Below are positions 1 through 8,859 of a DNA stretch of 64,000 nt, piece by piece. A program made the position numbers and the translations under genes. The notes under the pieces are model-generated. The model was not told the DNA's origin, did not search any database, and saw nothing but the letters and a program-made list of their open reading frames with translations. How positions within the stretch are numbered: the first letter of the stretch is position 1; every line of letters starts with the position of its first letter. The DNA is from Oligoflexia bacterium. GTDB lineage: Bacteria; Bdellovibrionota; UBA1018; CAIPTA01; JAALKR01. The stretch covers positions 4,356-68,355 of the forward strand of contig JAALKR010000008.1 in the NCBI GenBank assembly GCA_011087955.1. Direction: 5' to 3'.

Positions 1-267
1 GCGGGCGGCATTCGTGACATAGAATTCCTCAATTTGTTCGCTGTTATAAATTGCATAGTATTGACCACGATCTAATATGATGCGACAGGGGATCAACTCT
101 GATTCAATACCTATCCAGCCTCGAATTTTTAATTTTTCTAGCTCTGAATCGACTTCATCCGCAGGCGTAACAAGAGACAGAAGGCAAAAACTAATAAGTA
201 GTGCGGTGATTATGACGGAACTTGGACGAAAATCTTTTTTGAGGAAGCGAATCGAATTTTTGAACAA
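1..267 (-). CDS. Hypothetical exported protein, partial; the 3' part runs off the window
   Basis: The minus-strand frame is open from a TTG at 267 to the window edge. It is absent from the ORF track because it has no stop in the window. The N-terminus FKNSIRFLKKDFRPSSVIITALLISFCLLSLVTPA has signal-peptide shape. The start is uncertain, and the ORF overlaps the upstream ORF by 77 nt. Confidence 0.3.
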   Translation of the reverse strand, partial: MFKNSIRFLKKDFRPSSVIITALLISFCLLSLVTPADEVDSELEKLKIRGWIGIESELIPCRIILDRGQYYAIYNSEQIEEFYVTNAAR

Positions 268-412
268 TTCGGTTTCTTTCTTGTCGGATTGTGATTTGTC
301 GACTCTGCAATTGCTCAAAAATGACCAGTGACGTTTGAAAGAGAACCGCAAAGATAGAGAGGAGCATGACGGTCTCCAAGAGTAAAGAGCCTTTTTCATT
401 TTTTGTATGCAT
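191..412 (-). CDS. Small TadE-like pseudopilin candidate
   Basis: The N-terminus EKGSLLLETVMLLSIFAVLF resembles the G/xxxxE plus hydrophobic-helix signature of Flp-type prepilins and pseudopilins. It lies downstream of flp on the same strand. Confidence 0.35.
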   Translation of the reverse strand: MHTKNEKGSLLLETVMLLSIFAVLFQTSLVIFEQLQSRQITIRQERNRIVQKFDSLPQKRFSSKFRHNHRTTY

Positions 413-1214
413 AGCTTAAGTGGTTCCATCGTAGTGATTCATCTCCATATAATGAAATTTTGGTTCGACTATCTCGACTCAAAGACTTTGGGTTCCAGCA
501 TTGAGTAGTAAATATTTGGTGAATTGCTTGTGTAAGATAGAGATGGCCGGCTACGTCCCGAAAGGGAGTTTTTTTGCGACGAAGTGTTTGAGGGCGAATT
601 TTAGGCTGTCGGCAAATGAGTGGATGGGAAGAGAATTTGCTATGTCTGCAGCGGATCGCGATAGTATTTTGAATACGAGTCTTCTTAATTAAACTGTTCT
701 GAGAGAGTTGAAGTAGCTTCAGAGACTTTAAGGCAATCTTTTCAGCAACAGTCGCAACCACGCTGCCCGCACCTGGGACTAGTCTAGCTGTTCGGAGAGA
801 AATAACCGTGGCACGAAGTGGAATCATTATCTGATTTAGTCTTCTTAGTTCTTTAAGTAGCTTACTGTGGCGATTTATGCTCTCTAATGCGCAAACTTGA
901 AGTCTATGTTTGATCGATAAATGCTCTTGCTGCTTCAGGGCAATAGATATTCCAGTAAAAAGAACTGTTGTCGCCAGGCAGATAAATAGAATTCCAATAA
1001 CAGAGATAAATCCAGATTCATTTATGTTCCTTGGCAATCTCTCATTACGATTGATTCGATCCAGATATTCATTTTCTTGCTGATAGTTTTTTTGGATTAG
1101 ACCACCTAATCGAAGCCAAGTGGCTCCAATTGCGGAAATAGCAAAAATTAAAATAGAGCAAGCGATTACGGCTTCAATAAGAATTTGTCCTTGCTCTTTC
1201 CCGCAAAAAACTAT
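396..1214 (-). CDS. TadE/TadG-like pilus-assembly membrane protein(s); start codon unresolved
   Basis: This is the 3' 273 codons of the 354-aa track ORF. It contains GKEQGQILIEAVIACSILIFAISA and, later, NESGFISVIGILFICLATTVLF, both prepilin-like N-terminal helices. No ATG, GTG or TTG lies in frame between the flp stop (1211) and these motifs. The first codon after the flp stop is ATA (1214-1212). Confidence 0.4.
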   Translation of the reverse strand: MVFCGKEQGQILIEAVIACSILIFAISAIGATWLRLGGLIQKNYQQENEYLDRINRNERLPRNINESGFISVIGILFICLATTVLFTGISIALKQQEHLSIKHRLQVCALESINRHSKLLKELRRLNQIMIPLRATVISLRTARLVPGAGSVVATVAEKIALKSLKLLQLSQNSLIKKTRIQNTIAIRCRHSKFSSHPLICRQPKIRPQTLRRKKTPFRDVAGHLYLTQAIHQIFTTQCWNPKSLSRDSRTKISLYGDESLRWNHLSYAYKK

Positions 1215-1441
1215 CTTGGTGAAATACGAACTTCGACTTTGTCTTGGATTTTTTGTTTTACTTCGTTCATCTTTTTTGAAATTACGGAGCCCACGGACCG
1301 AACTGCTGTAACGGATACAAGCGCGATTAGCGCGACTAGAATGACATATTCGATTAGACTTTGCCCTCGTTCGGAATATCTCCACGAGACTGGACATCGA
1401 TACGGTAGGCTTCGATTTTTGGCTTGCAGTTTTCGATTCAT
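1211..1441 (-). CDS. flp: Flp/Fap family type IVb pilin
   Basis: The 76-aa product has a long basic leader, then ERG|QSLIEYVILVALIALVSVTAV, matching the Flp motif G/xxxIEY followed by a hydrophobic helix. An SD (AAGGGAG) lies 7 nt upstream of the ATG. Confidence 0.75.
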   Translation of the reverse strand: MNRKLQAKNRSLPYRCPVSWRYSERGQSLIEYVILVALIALVSVTAVRSVGSVISKKMNEVKQKIQDKVEVRISPR

Positions 1442-1637
1442 AATTAACTCCCTTATTCATAATTTACGGCTAAAAGCAATTCTTGTGCCCTATTAAGGTA
1501 AAATTAAGAGGGTCTAAGGGAGAAAAATTGTCTTTAATATGGATTTCTAACTGAACCAGCGGTCAAAAAGCTTTCCCCCCTTCGGCTTGCCCTATATACT
1601 TGAATGCGGCTGTTGCAACGCTTGTGGGAGGATATCA

Positions 1638-2396
1638 ATGTCAAAGAAGCCATCGCTTTTTGTTGTGGAGCGCAAGGAAGTATTCATTCTAGGACTCCTT
1701 TTCTTGCTATCAGTCGCGCTTACGTTCACCGTCGGTGTGAAGTATGGGGAGATCGTTGGTCGTAAGGCCGCAATGGAAGAAATAACGGCTAAAGAAGGAT
1801 TGCGAGAAGCTAGGCCAATTGAGGGTAGCACTCTCGGCAGTGAAAATAAAGTAGGGAAGAAAATAGAAGAGCAGAGTGTGCTTGATCCCAGTCAACCGGC
1901 GGACAACTCAAATAAAAACACAAAAGATACAAAGGATCAATCCAGTATTGAGTCCGATATCGAGTCGGATATCGAACCAGGTACTGTTGAGGTTGAACCC
2001 AATTATGCTGATCCAAAAGGTTCGGTTGAGGACTCCGATGTAGAGTTACTCGAAGCACTACAAAAGGCAGGAATTGAAAAACGTACTGAGGAAGGCGTGG
2101 ATGAACCCGCTACGGACAGGACAGGATCTCTCGAGAAAGAGCTTGTCTTTACTGGACCTCATTTTGTAATTCAGGTAGGTTCCTACCCAACAAAACGAGA
2201 TGCTGAGCGACATATTCGTCGATTACAATCGCAGAGTTTAGAACCGCGAATTTTGCCTTCGATTGAGTCTAAGAACGGTCGTTGGTTTCGCGTGGCTTTA
2301 GGCAAGTATGAATCTCGTAGTTCTGCATTGAAAACGGCTCGTTCATATAAGCAAGAAGGCCTAATTAAGGATTTTTTTGTGAGGAAGGTTCAGTGA
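1638..2396 (+). CDS. SPOR-domain (peptidoglycan-binding) membrane protein
   Basis: The ATG at 1638 is preceded by GGGAGGA. An N-terminal TM helix (VFILGLLFLLSVALTFTV) is followed by an acidic low-complexity linker with an ESDIESDIE repeat. The C-terminus FVIQVGSYPTKRDAERHIRRL...WFRVALGKYESRSSA is typical of SPOR domains. Confidence 0.75.
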   Translation: MSKKPSLFVVERKEVFILGLLFLLSVALTFTVGVKYGEIVGRKAAMEEITAKEGLREARPIEGSTLGSENKVGKKIEEQSVLDPSQPADNSNKNTKDTKDQSSIESDIESDIEPGTVEVEPNYADPKGSVEDSDVELLEALQKAGIEKRTEEGVDEPATDRTGSLEKELVFTGPHFVIQVGSYPTKRDAERHIRRLQSQSLEPRILPSIESKNGRWFRVALGKYESRSSALKTARSYKQEGLIKDFFVRKVQ

Positions 2397-2773
2397 AACA
2401 GATCCCTGAAATTCGGTTAGTAGAAAAACCATGGGGGCATGAAGAGATATTTGCCCACACGAGAGATTATGTTGGGAAAGTTCTAGTCATTAAAGCGGGT
2501 CATGAACTGTCGTTTCAATTTCATAATGTAAAAGAAGAAAGTATTTACGTAACTGAAGGCGAGTTGGCCCTCGAGCTGGAAAACGACAGTGGCGAAGTGG
2601 TGACACATACTTTAAGGCCAGGTCAGGCCGCACATGTTGCACCTAAGAGGAAGCATCGAATGCGAGCTGTCTCCGATTGCCGGATTTTTGAAGTCTCCAC
2701 GCCGTATTTGGATGATGTAGTTCGTTTGGAAGATCGTTATGGAAGAGTAGATAGTTCTGAAAAAACAACATGA
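2393..2773 (+). CDS. Cupin-domain protein (mannose-6-phosphate isomerase type II-like cupin)
   Basis: EKPWGHEEIF...GKVLVIKAGHELSFQFHNVKEESIYVTEGE...PKRKHRM is a cupin two-His signature. The GTG start overlaps the SPOR gene stop, and the junction with the next gene is an ATGA overlap. Confidence 0.7.
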   Translation: MKQIPEIRLVEKPWGHEEIFAHTRDYVGKVLVIKAGHELSFQFHNVKEESIYVTEGELALELENDSGEVVTHTLRPGQAAHVAPKRKHRMRAVSDCRIFEVSTPYLDDVVRLEDRYGRVDSSEKTT

Positions 2774-3861
2774 GTGAGCTCAGTGGTAAATGTTGGTTAG
2801 TAATTATGGCAGGCGGCAGTGGTACGCGATTTTGGCCTCGTTCCCGTGCTCTGAAACCAAAGCAAACCCTAAATATTATCGAAGACAAATCTTTATTACA
2901 GGCAACAGTCGAACGTTTTGAGACTTCGCTGAAAACTGAAAATATTATTATTATTACGACTAAAAAATTACTTTCGATTACGAAAGAGTCCCTACCTGAG
3001 TTTAAGGGAGAGATACTTTGTGAGCCCGAGGGGAAAAATACGGCTCCTTGTATAACGATGGCGATGGAGTGGTTGCGAGCTAAAGACCCGGAAGCTGTGG
3101 CGATGGTGGTACCGGCAGATCATTGGATTTCTGAAGTTGATGCCTATTTGTCTGTCATGCGCATGGCCAGTGAGGTGGCGGCGACACAAAATAAGCTTAT
3201 TACCGTCGGTATTACACCTTCTCGTGCGGAGACGGGTTATGGGTATATCCGTTGCGCTGAACCTCTCGCGGAAGATGACCGAGTGAATGCTGTAGATCGT
3301 TTTGTGGAGAAGCCTAAACGGGAAGTAGCAGAAACAATGATCCAAGATCCGCAATACTTTTGGAATGCAGGTATGTTTATCTGGTCTGTTGGGACTTTTT
3401 TTACTGAAATGCAGAAGACGAACTCCGCACTGCTGGATGCGTTTATAGACTTCCGCAACGGACTGGTATCGGGAGAGGCGGATGACGGATCGAGCTTGCG
3501 GAAGTCCTATGAAAAAGCAGAAACGATTAGCATTGATTACGCCCTAATGGAGAAGAGTGAATCTGTTGTCGTTATTCCGGCTAGTTTTGATTGGAATGAC
3601 TTGGGTTCTTTTCAGTCACTATATGAATTGTATCCAGATACAGAGGGTGGTGTAGGAAAAGCAAAACAAATCATGGCAATCGATTCGACAAATAATCTAG
3701 TCGACGCACCAATGAAAACAGTGGCCTTACTCGGTGTAACCAATATGATGGTGATCGATACGGTTGATGTAATTCTTGTAGCGGCCAAAGAAAGGTCCCA
3801 GGACGTGAAGAAGTTTGTGGCCCGTTTGAAAGAGGAAAAAGATCCGGACGGACTCCTCTAA
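2770..3861 (+). CDS. manC: Mannose-1-phosphate guanylyltransferase (GDP-mannose pyrophosphorylase)
   Basis: The N-terminus VIMAGGSGTRFWPRSRALKPKQ is the nucleotidyltransferase G-rich loop. YGYI, FVEKP and WNAGMFIW motifs are also present. At 363 aa it lacks the C-terminal cupin of bifunctional ManC. Confidence 0.85.
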   Translation: MSELSGKCWLVIMAGGSGTRFWPRSRALKPKQTLNIIEDKSLLQATVERFETSLKTENIIIITTKKLLSITKESLPEFKGEILCEPEGKNTAPCITMAMEWLRAKDPEAVAMVVPADHWISEVDAYLSVMRMASEVAATQNKLITVGITPSRAETGYGYIRCAEPLAEDDRVNAVDRFVEKPKREVAETMIQDPQYFWNAGMFIWSVGTFFTEMQKTNSALLDAFIDFRNGLVSGEADDGSSLRKSYEKAETISIDYALMEKSESVVVIPASFDWNDLGSFQSLYELYPDTEGGVGKAKQIMAIDSTNNLVDAPMKTVALLGVTNMMVIDTVDVILVAAKERSQDVKKFVARLKEEKDPDGLL

Positions 3862-4110
3862 TGGCTTTTTGCGCCGCCTTCTCTGTAACGAAAAAAACAC
3901 CACAGTTGGCAAACTAATAACGCTCTGAATCGAGAGAATTCTATCACAATATCACAAGGCCCATAAAAAATCTTTAAAATAGTGTAATTTCAGAAGTTAA
4001 CAGTCTTTGTTAGTAAATAACAAATAGAGATTTTTGCGACGCTGCCGCTCTTTTGGTCTAATCCTTTTGAAGTGCAAAGAAAAAAGAAGTTCAAGCAAAA
4101 GGGGGAAGTA

Positions 4111-6258
4111 ATGAAAAGTGCCTGGAAACAAATGGGAAGCTTTGGAACAAGAAGTTTTGGATTGTTCGCTGTAATGGTCATGTTGCTGATGCCAGCCGTT
4201 GCGTCGGCAGAGCCAAGCCCTATTCAACTTAAGGTGGGAGCGATAGGCGTAGACTCGCTTAGTCTTCTAGCAGTGGGGGATACGAAAAATCAATCCAACC
4301 TCTGGTTAGTGCAATGGAAGTCTTCCATTCACGAGCATGAGAAGCGGAAGCTTCAAGCCATTGGTTCCACAGTTTTACGCTATATTCCAAACAATACCCT
4401 CCTCGTTCGATTGCTTGGCGAAGGTTCAAAAGCAAAGTTAGCGCGCTTTGATTTTGTCGAGCGCGTGATCGCGTACGGTCAGGGTCTAAATGTTGAGCCG
4501 GGACTAACTGGATTTGGAATTTTCTCTGCTAACGAGAATATTCTGGTAACAGTTGTCGTGTACGACGGAGCAGACACTCAACCCATTCTATCACTTTTCA
4601 AAGCAGAGCTTGGTCGAGTCGGAAAGAATATTTTTGCTGGCCGAATTACTCGCGGCGATGTTTCTCGCTTAGCCGCTATGGAAGGAGTGCTTTGGGTGGA
4701 ACGCTATATTCCCGTGAAGTCATTCCATCTAAAGAGAAACGAGCTCTTGACCGAAGGTGATGAACCAGAAGCAGCGCCGACGGAAATTACCGGTTATGAA
4801 AGTGGAACTAAGATTCTAAACGTGGAGAAAGCCTATGCGGCTGGTGTAGATGGCACTGGGCAATTCATTGCCTATGCAGACACTGGCCTCGATAAAGGTA
4901 GTAAGACGGACATACATTTAGATTTTATTGGTAATTTCCACACCGGCCGGGCGCTAGGCTTAGGTGGCACGAGCTGGGGCGATCCACACTCGCATGGAAC
5001 GCATGTGGCTGGATCGATTGCCGGAAATGGCGCAAACTCAGGGGGTGCGATTCGTGGCACTGCCTACAGAGCGAAGCTAGTTGTGCAAGGTATGTGGAGC
5101 GATATTTTCAATAACCTTTTCCCACCAGGCGCAGACACGCTCTTCAACAACGCCTACCAGGACGGCGCTCGTATTCACTCTAACTCTTGGGGACGCGAAG
5201 CGAACGGTCGTTACGACACTATGGCTCGTCAGGTCGATGCCTATATGTTTGAAAACCAGGATTTCTTGGCTATTTTTGCGGCAGGCAATTCCGGTAAAGA
5301 CTTGAATCATGACGGTATAATCGATGAGGGATCGCTTAGTTCCCCTGGGTCTGCTAAGAATTCTTTAACTGTTGGGTCGTCGAAGAACTACCTAATAGCT
5401 GGTGGTATTCAGCGCACTATGCAGGAGTTGCGAGGCGGTGAAAAGAACTGGGGCGTTGAGCCCATTGCAAGCTCTCGTTTGTCGGACCACGAAAATGGAC
5501 TAGCCGCGTTCTCTTCTCGTGGTCCAGCTGCTGATGGTCGGGTGAAGCCGGACGTAGTTGCGCCGGGAACAAATATTGTTGCCGCCCGCTCTCGTAATTC
5601 AAAAGCAGGGGAAGGTTGGGGGGCTTTCAATGACCACTACCTCTATATGGGTGGTACTTCCATGTCGACCCCCCTAGTTGCTGGTGCGATGGGACTGATT
5701 CGTCAGCATATCCTAGCTGTGACGGGTGCTGGCAAATTGTCTGCTGCGCTGCTTAAGGCGGCGGTGGTCAACTCGGCTTTTGACTTGTACCCAGGTCAGT
5801 TTGGCGAACGATCACGAGGACAGGAGCATCCTACGACCCGTCCGAACAACCACCAGGGCTATGGCCGTGTGGACGTAGATGCGATGGTTGATAGTGGTCG
5901 GACCTATACATTTGTGGATCGTGAAATCGGCCTAGCCACGGGTGAATCGGAAGATGTAGCGAAGCTTCAGGTAAGTGCGGGACAAGTTATTCGCGTTACG
6001 CTCGCTTACACAGATGCAGCTGGGGCCGCATTGGCTTCGAAGGCACTAGTAAACGACCTCGATTTAAAAGTAGTGAACGCCGCTGGCGAGCAGTTTTTTC
6101 CGAATCATGGTTCTACTGCAGATCGCACAAATAATGTGGAACAGGTGGACTATAAGGCCCAAGCCGATACTACGCTTTCTATTCGCGTGAAAGGCCACAA
6201 TATACCGATGGGACGCTCTGGAAAACAACCCTATGCAATTGTAGTGTCTGTTGAATAG
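4111..6258 (+). CDS. Secreted subtilisin-like serine protease (peptidase S8)
   Basis: The ATG at 4111 follows AAGGGGGA. The signal peptide ends AVASA. The catalytic triad motifs are AYADTGLD, HGTHVAGSIAG and GGTSMSTPLVAG. Confidence 0.9.
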   Translation: MKSAWKQMGSFGTRSFGLFAVMVMLLMPAVASAEPSPIQLKVGAIGVDSLSLLAVGDTKNQSNLWLVQWKSSIHEHEKRKLQAIGSTVLRYIPNNTLLVRLLGEGSKAKLARFDFVERVIAYGQGLNVEPGLTGFGIFSANENILVTVVVYDGADTQPILSLFKAELGRVGKNIFAGRITRGDVSRLAAMEGVLWVERYIPVKSFHLKRNELLTEGDEPEAAPTEITGYESGTKILNVEKAYAAGVDGTGQFIAYADTGLDKGSKTDIHLDFIGNFHTGRALGLGGTSWGDPHSHGTHVAGSIAGNGANSGGAIRGTAYRAKLVVQGMWSDIFNNLFPPGADTLFNNAYQDGARIHSNSWGREANGRYDTMARQVDAYMFENQDFLAIFAAGNSGKDLNHDGIIDEGSLSSPGSAKNSLTVGSSKNYLIAGGIQRTMQELRGGEKNWGVEPIASSRLSDHENGLAAFSSRGPAADGRVKPDVVAPGTNIVAARSRNSKAGEGWGAFNDHYLYMGGTSMSTPLVAGAMGLIRQHILAVTGAGKLSAALLKAAVVNSAFDLYPGQFGERSRGQEHPTTRPNNHQGYGRVDVDAMVDSGRTYTFVDREIGLATGESEDVAKLQVSAGQVIRVTLAYTDAAGAALASKALVNDLDLKVVNAAGEQFFPNHGSTADRTNNVEQVDYKAQADTTLSIRVKGHNIPMGRSGKQPYAIVVSVE

Positions 6259-6433
6259 AAAATTCCTCTGGTTAAAGCCTCCACAACGCCTTAGAATTAA
6301 TAGGGTTTTGGGGGGCTTTTTGTTATGCTAGTTTGACGGACATTTAGAAGCCTGTTATTACGGGTCTTTGAGGTTTTGTTTGAGTTTAATATTCAAATTT
6401 AATGTTTACAGGAGGAGCTGAGTTCTGAAAAAA

Positions 6434-7081
6434 ATGAGCGGAGGAGGAGGCGGACGATATCGTAGAGAAGGGCCGCATGCTGATAAGACGAGGTTAAATG
6501 AACGTATTCGTGTGCCGGAAGTGCGCCTTATCGATGAAAATGGAGAGCAATTAGGGGTTGTAAAGACCCAGGAGGCCCTAGGTATGGCACGGAGTCGCGG
6601 CCTAGACCTCGTTGAAGTAGCCCCTGAGGCTAAACCTCCGGTCTGCAAAATACTCGACTACGGAAAGCTGAAGTATACAAAGAAAAAGAAGGAGCAAGAG
6701 GCTAAGAAGAAGCAGGTCAATATTAGCCTAAAAGAGATTCAGCTTCGCCCTCGTATCGAAGAGCATGATTTTAATGTGAAATATCGCCGTATGGAGGAAT
6801 TCCTTGGGCGTGGCAATAAGGTAAAAGTGGTTTTATTATTTCGCGGTCGGGAGATGGCCTACGCAAGGGCACATGGTAAAGAGATGATGGACCGATTAAT
6901 TGCACTTACCGAGGAAATTGCTGCCCCGGAAAGTCATCCAAAGCTTGAAGGACGGCGTATGATTATGATACTAGTGCCGTACAAGGCTAAGTCTCCGGTG
7001 GCTGCGAAGAAAAAGGCTTCTTCGCCAGAGAACGCAGATCCTGCAGAGGCATCACCGGCAAAAGCAGCAAAGGCCCCATAG
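6434..7081 (+). CDS. infC: Translation initiation factor IF-3
   Basis: RINERIRVPEVRLIDENGEQLGVV and KEIQLRPRIEEHDFNVK are IF3 N- and C-domain signatures, and rpmI-rplT follow. The true start may be non-canonical (see findings). Confidence 0.95.
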   Translation: MSGGGGGRYRREGPHADKTRLNERIRVPEVRLIDENGEQLGVVKTQEALGMARSRGLDLVEVAPEAKPPVCKILDYGKLKYTKKKKEQEAKKKQVNISLKEIQLRPRIEEHDFNVKYRRMEEFLGRGNKVKVVLLFRGREMAYARAHGKEMMDRLIALTEEIAAPESHPKLEGRRMIMILVPYKAKSPVAAKKKASSPENADPAEASPAKAAKAP

Positions 7082-7089
7082 GAGTTGGT

Positions 7090-7317
7090 ATGACTTGCAA
7101 ACCAGGTAAAGGTGGAAAAATCAAGACTCGTCGTGCGGCAGCAAAGCGCTTTAAGCAAACTGGCTCTGGGAAGTTTAAGTTTTCACGAGTAGGGGTTCGC
7201 CACTTGAACGTTGGTTCTCCACGGAAGCAACTTCGAAACCTTCGTGGAACAGGTGTTGTTCATGAGTCAGATGCGCAAAATTTTGCCCGTATTCTACCAT
7301 ATGGTTGCACAATGTAG
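7090..7317 (+). CDS. rpmI: 50S ribosomal protein L35
   Basis: It carries the KIKTRRAAAKRFKQTGSGKFK signature and sits between infC and rplT. An AGGAG SD lies 5 nt upstream. Confidence 0.9.
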   Translation: MTCKPGKGGKIKTRRAAAKRFKQTGSGKFKFSRVGVRHLNVGSPRKQLRNLRGTGVVHESDAQNFARILPYGCTM

Positions 7318-7350
7318 TTTAGAATTTTGTTGAGAAGAAGGAATTAAACA

Positions 7351-7725
7351 ATGTCACGAGTTAAGCGCGGAACGAAAGCCCGACAACGAAGGAATAAAGT
7401 TTTAAAGGCCGCTAAGGGGTTTGTCCTTGGGCGCAAGAACAAATTTAAAGTGGCTTTACAAACCTTACATCGCTCGCTAGCGTACGCATTTCGCGATCGT
7501 AAGAACCGTAAGCGTGAGTTCCGCGCTCTATGGAATACTCGTATATCTGCAGCAGCAAAGCTGAATGGAACGAGCTATAGTCGCCTTATCCATGGTTTAA
7601 AAGAGAATAAGATCGAGCTTAACCGCAAGATGCTTTCTGAGATTGCTGTACATGACCCAGTAGCGTTTACGGCTATCGTTAAGAAAGCTGCTCCTACCTC
7701 TGCCACCACCACCGCAGCATCTTAG
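7351..7725 (+). CDS. rplT: 50S ribosomal protein L20
   Basis: [24 protein letters not shown]...[16 protein letters not shown] is the canonical L20 sequence. Confidence 0.95.
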   Translation: MSRVKRGTKARQRRNKVLKAAKGFVLGRKNKFKVALQTLHRSLAYAFRDRKNRKREFRALWNTRISAAAKLNGTSYSRLIHGLKENKIELNRKMLSEIAVHDPVAFTAIVKKAAPTSATTTAAS

Positions 7726-7800
7726 TTCTCCATGTATCTTAATTTTTCTATGTAATTGAAATTGCGGGTGTTGGGCTGTTTCGTTAGAGTGGTGAGTACT

Positions 7801-8844
7801 ATGTCGACCGTTGTAGATAGATTATTGGATCGATTAGCTGAATTAAAAACGGAAGCGAATGCTAAGATCCAAGAGATCACCTCTGAGCCTCAGGTTCAAG
7901 ATCTGCGCACTATGTATTTGGGGAAAAAGGGGAAGGTTTCGGAAGTCCTCAAAAGCCTGGGTGATGTAGATGGTAAAGATCGGCCTAAAATCGGGCAAGA
8001 GGCAAACGAATTGCGCGATTTCTTAGAGTCGGAGCTACGTTCTGGACAAACGCGACTAGAAACGGCTCGTATTGAAGCGGAGATAGCTAAGGAATCGATT
8101 GATATTACCTTATCGGGGATGCGGGCTCCACTCGGCGCACTTCACCCCCTAATGCAAGTTCGCGACCGTATGATTGATATCTTCTCGGGTATTGGATTTT
8201 CTGTAGTTGAGGGACCGGAAATCGAAACGGATTTTTGCAATTTCGAAGCATTGAATGTACCGGCCGATCACCCCGCTCGAGACATGCAGGACACGCTCTA
8301 TGTGCGCGAAAATATTGTTTTGCGCACGCAGACTAGTTCTGTTCAGATTCGTACTATGCTCGCAGAAAAGCCCCCAATCAAAGTGATTGCCCCAGGTGCG
8401 GTTTATCGCAATGATGATGTGGACGCTACCCACTCGCCAATGTTTCATCAGGTGGAAGGGCTCTATGTAGATGAGAGTGTTTCTCTAGAGGAGCTGAAGG
8501 GCACGCTCGAGTATTTCGCTAAAGAAATGTTTGGTCCGAAAACGAAGATCCGTTTGCGAAACTCATACTTCCCATTCACCGAGCCATCGGTGGAAGTGGA
8601 TTGTACTTGTATTTTCTGTAAAGGGAGAGGCTGCCGCATCTGTAAACAAAGCGGTTGGATTGAAATTTTGGGGGCTGGAATGGTTCACCCGTCTTTGTTC
8701 GAAAAAGTTGGTTACCCAGAAGGTAAGTATACAGGCTTCGCCTTCGGTATGGGAATAGAACGAATTGCGATGCTGCTTTATGGAGTAGATGATATCCGCC
8801 TCTTTTACGAGAACGATATTCGATTCCTGGAACAGTTTCGATAA
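7801..8844 (+). CDS. pheS: Phenylalanyl-tRNA synthetase alpha subunit
   Basis: It has class II aaRS motifs (HPARDMQDTLY, FRNDDVDATHSPMFHQVEG, GFAFGMGIERIAML). The ATG at 7801 is preferred over the TTG at 7756 used by the track ORF. Confidence 0.95.
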   Translation: MSTVVDRLLDRLAELKTEANAKIQEITSEPQVQDLRTMYLGKKGKVSEVLKSLGDVDGKDRPKIGQEANELRDFLESELRSGQTRLETARIEAEIAKESIDITLSGMRAPLGALHPLMQVRDRMIDIFSGIGFSVVEGPEIETDFCNFEALNVPADHPARDMQDTLYVRENIVLRTQTSSVQIRTMLAEKPPIKVIAPGAVYRNDDVDATHSPMFHQVEGLYVDESVSLEELKGTLEYFAKEMFGPKTKIRLRNSYFPFTEPSVEVDCTCIFCKGRGCRICKQSGWIEILGAGMVHPSLFEKVGYPEGKYTGFAFGMGIERIAMLLYGVDDIRLFYENDIRFLEQFR

Positions 8845-8859
8845 AGGTTTTTAGTTTGT

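Noticed and set aside
1215-1460. The N-terminal ~80 codons of the 354-aa track ORF, overlapping flp in another frame
   Set aside because: The translation is Ser/Arg-rich nonsense, typical of an out-of-frame reading of a hydrophobic gene. The Flp frame has an SD, a prepilin motif and sensible composition. Only the part downstream of the flp stop is kept.
6271-6318. Possible intrinsic terminator after the S8 protease gene (AAAGCCTCC ... GGGGGGCTTTTTGTT)
   Set aside because: The arms pair (9 bp, including a G.U pair) and a T-run follows. The loop would be about 27 nt, far longer than typical intrinsic terminators, so I did not call it as a feature.
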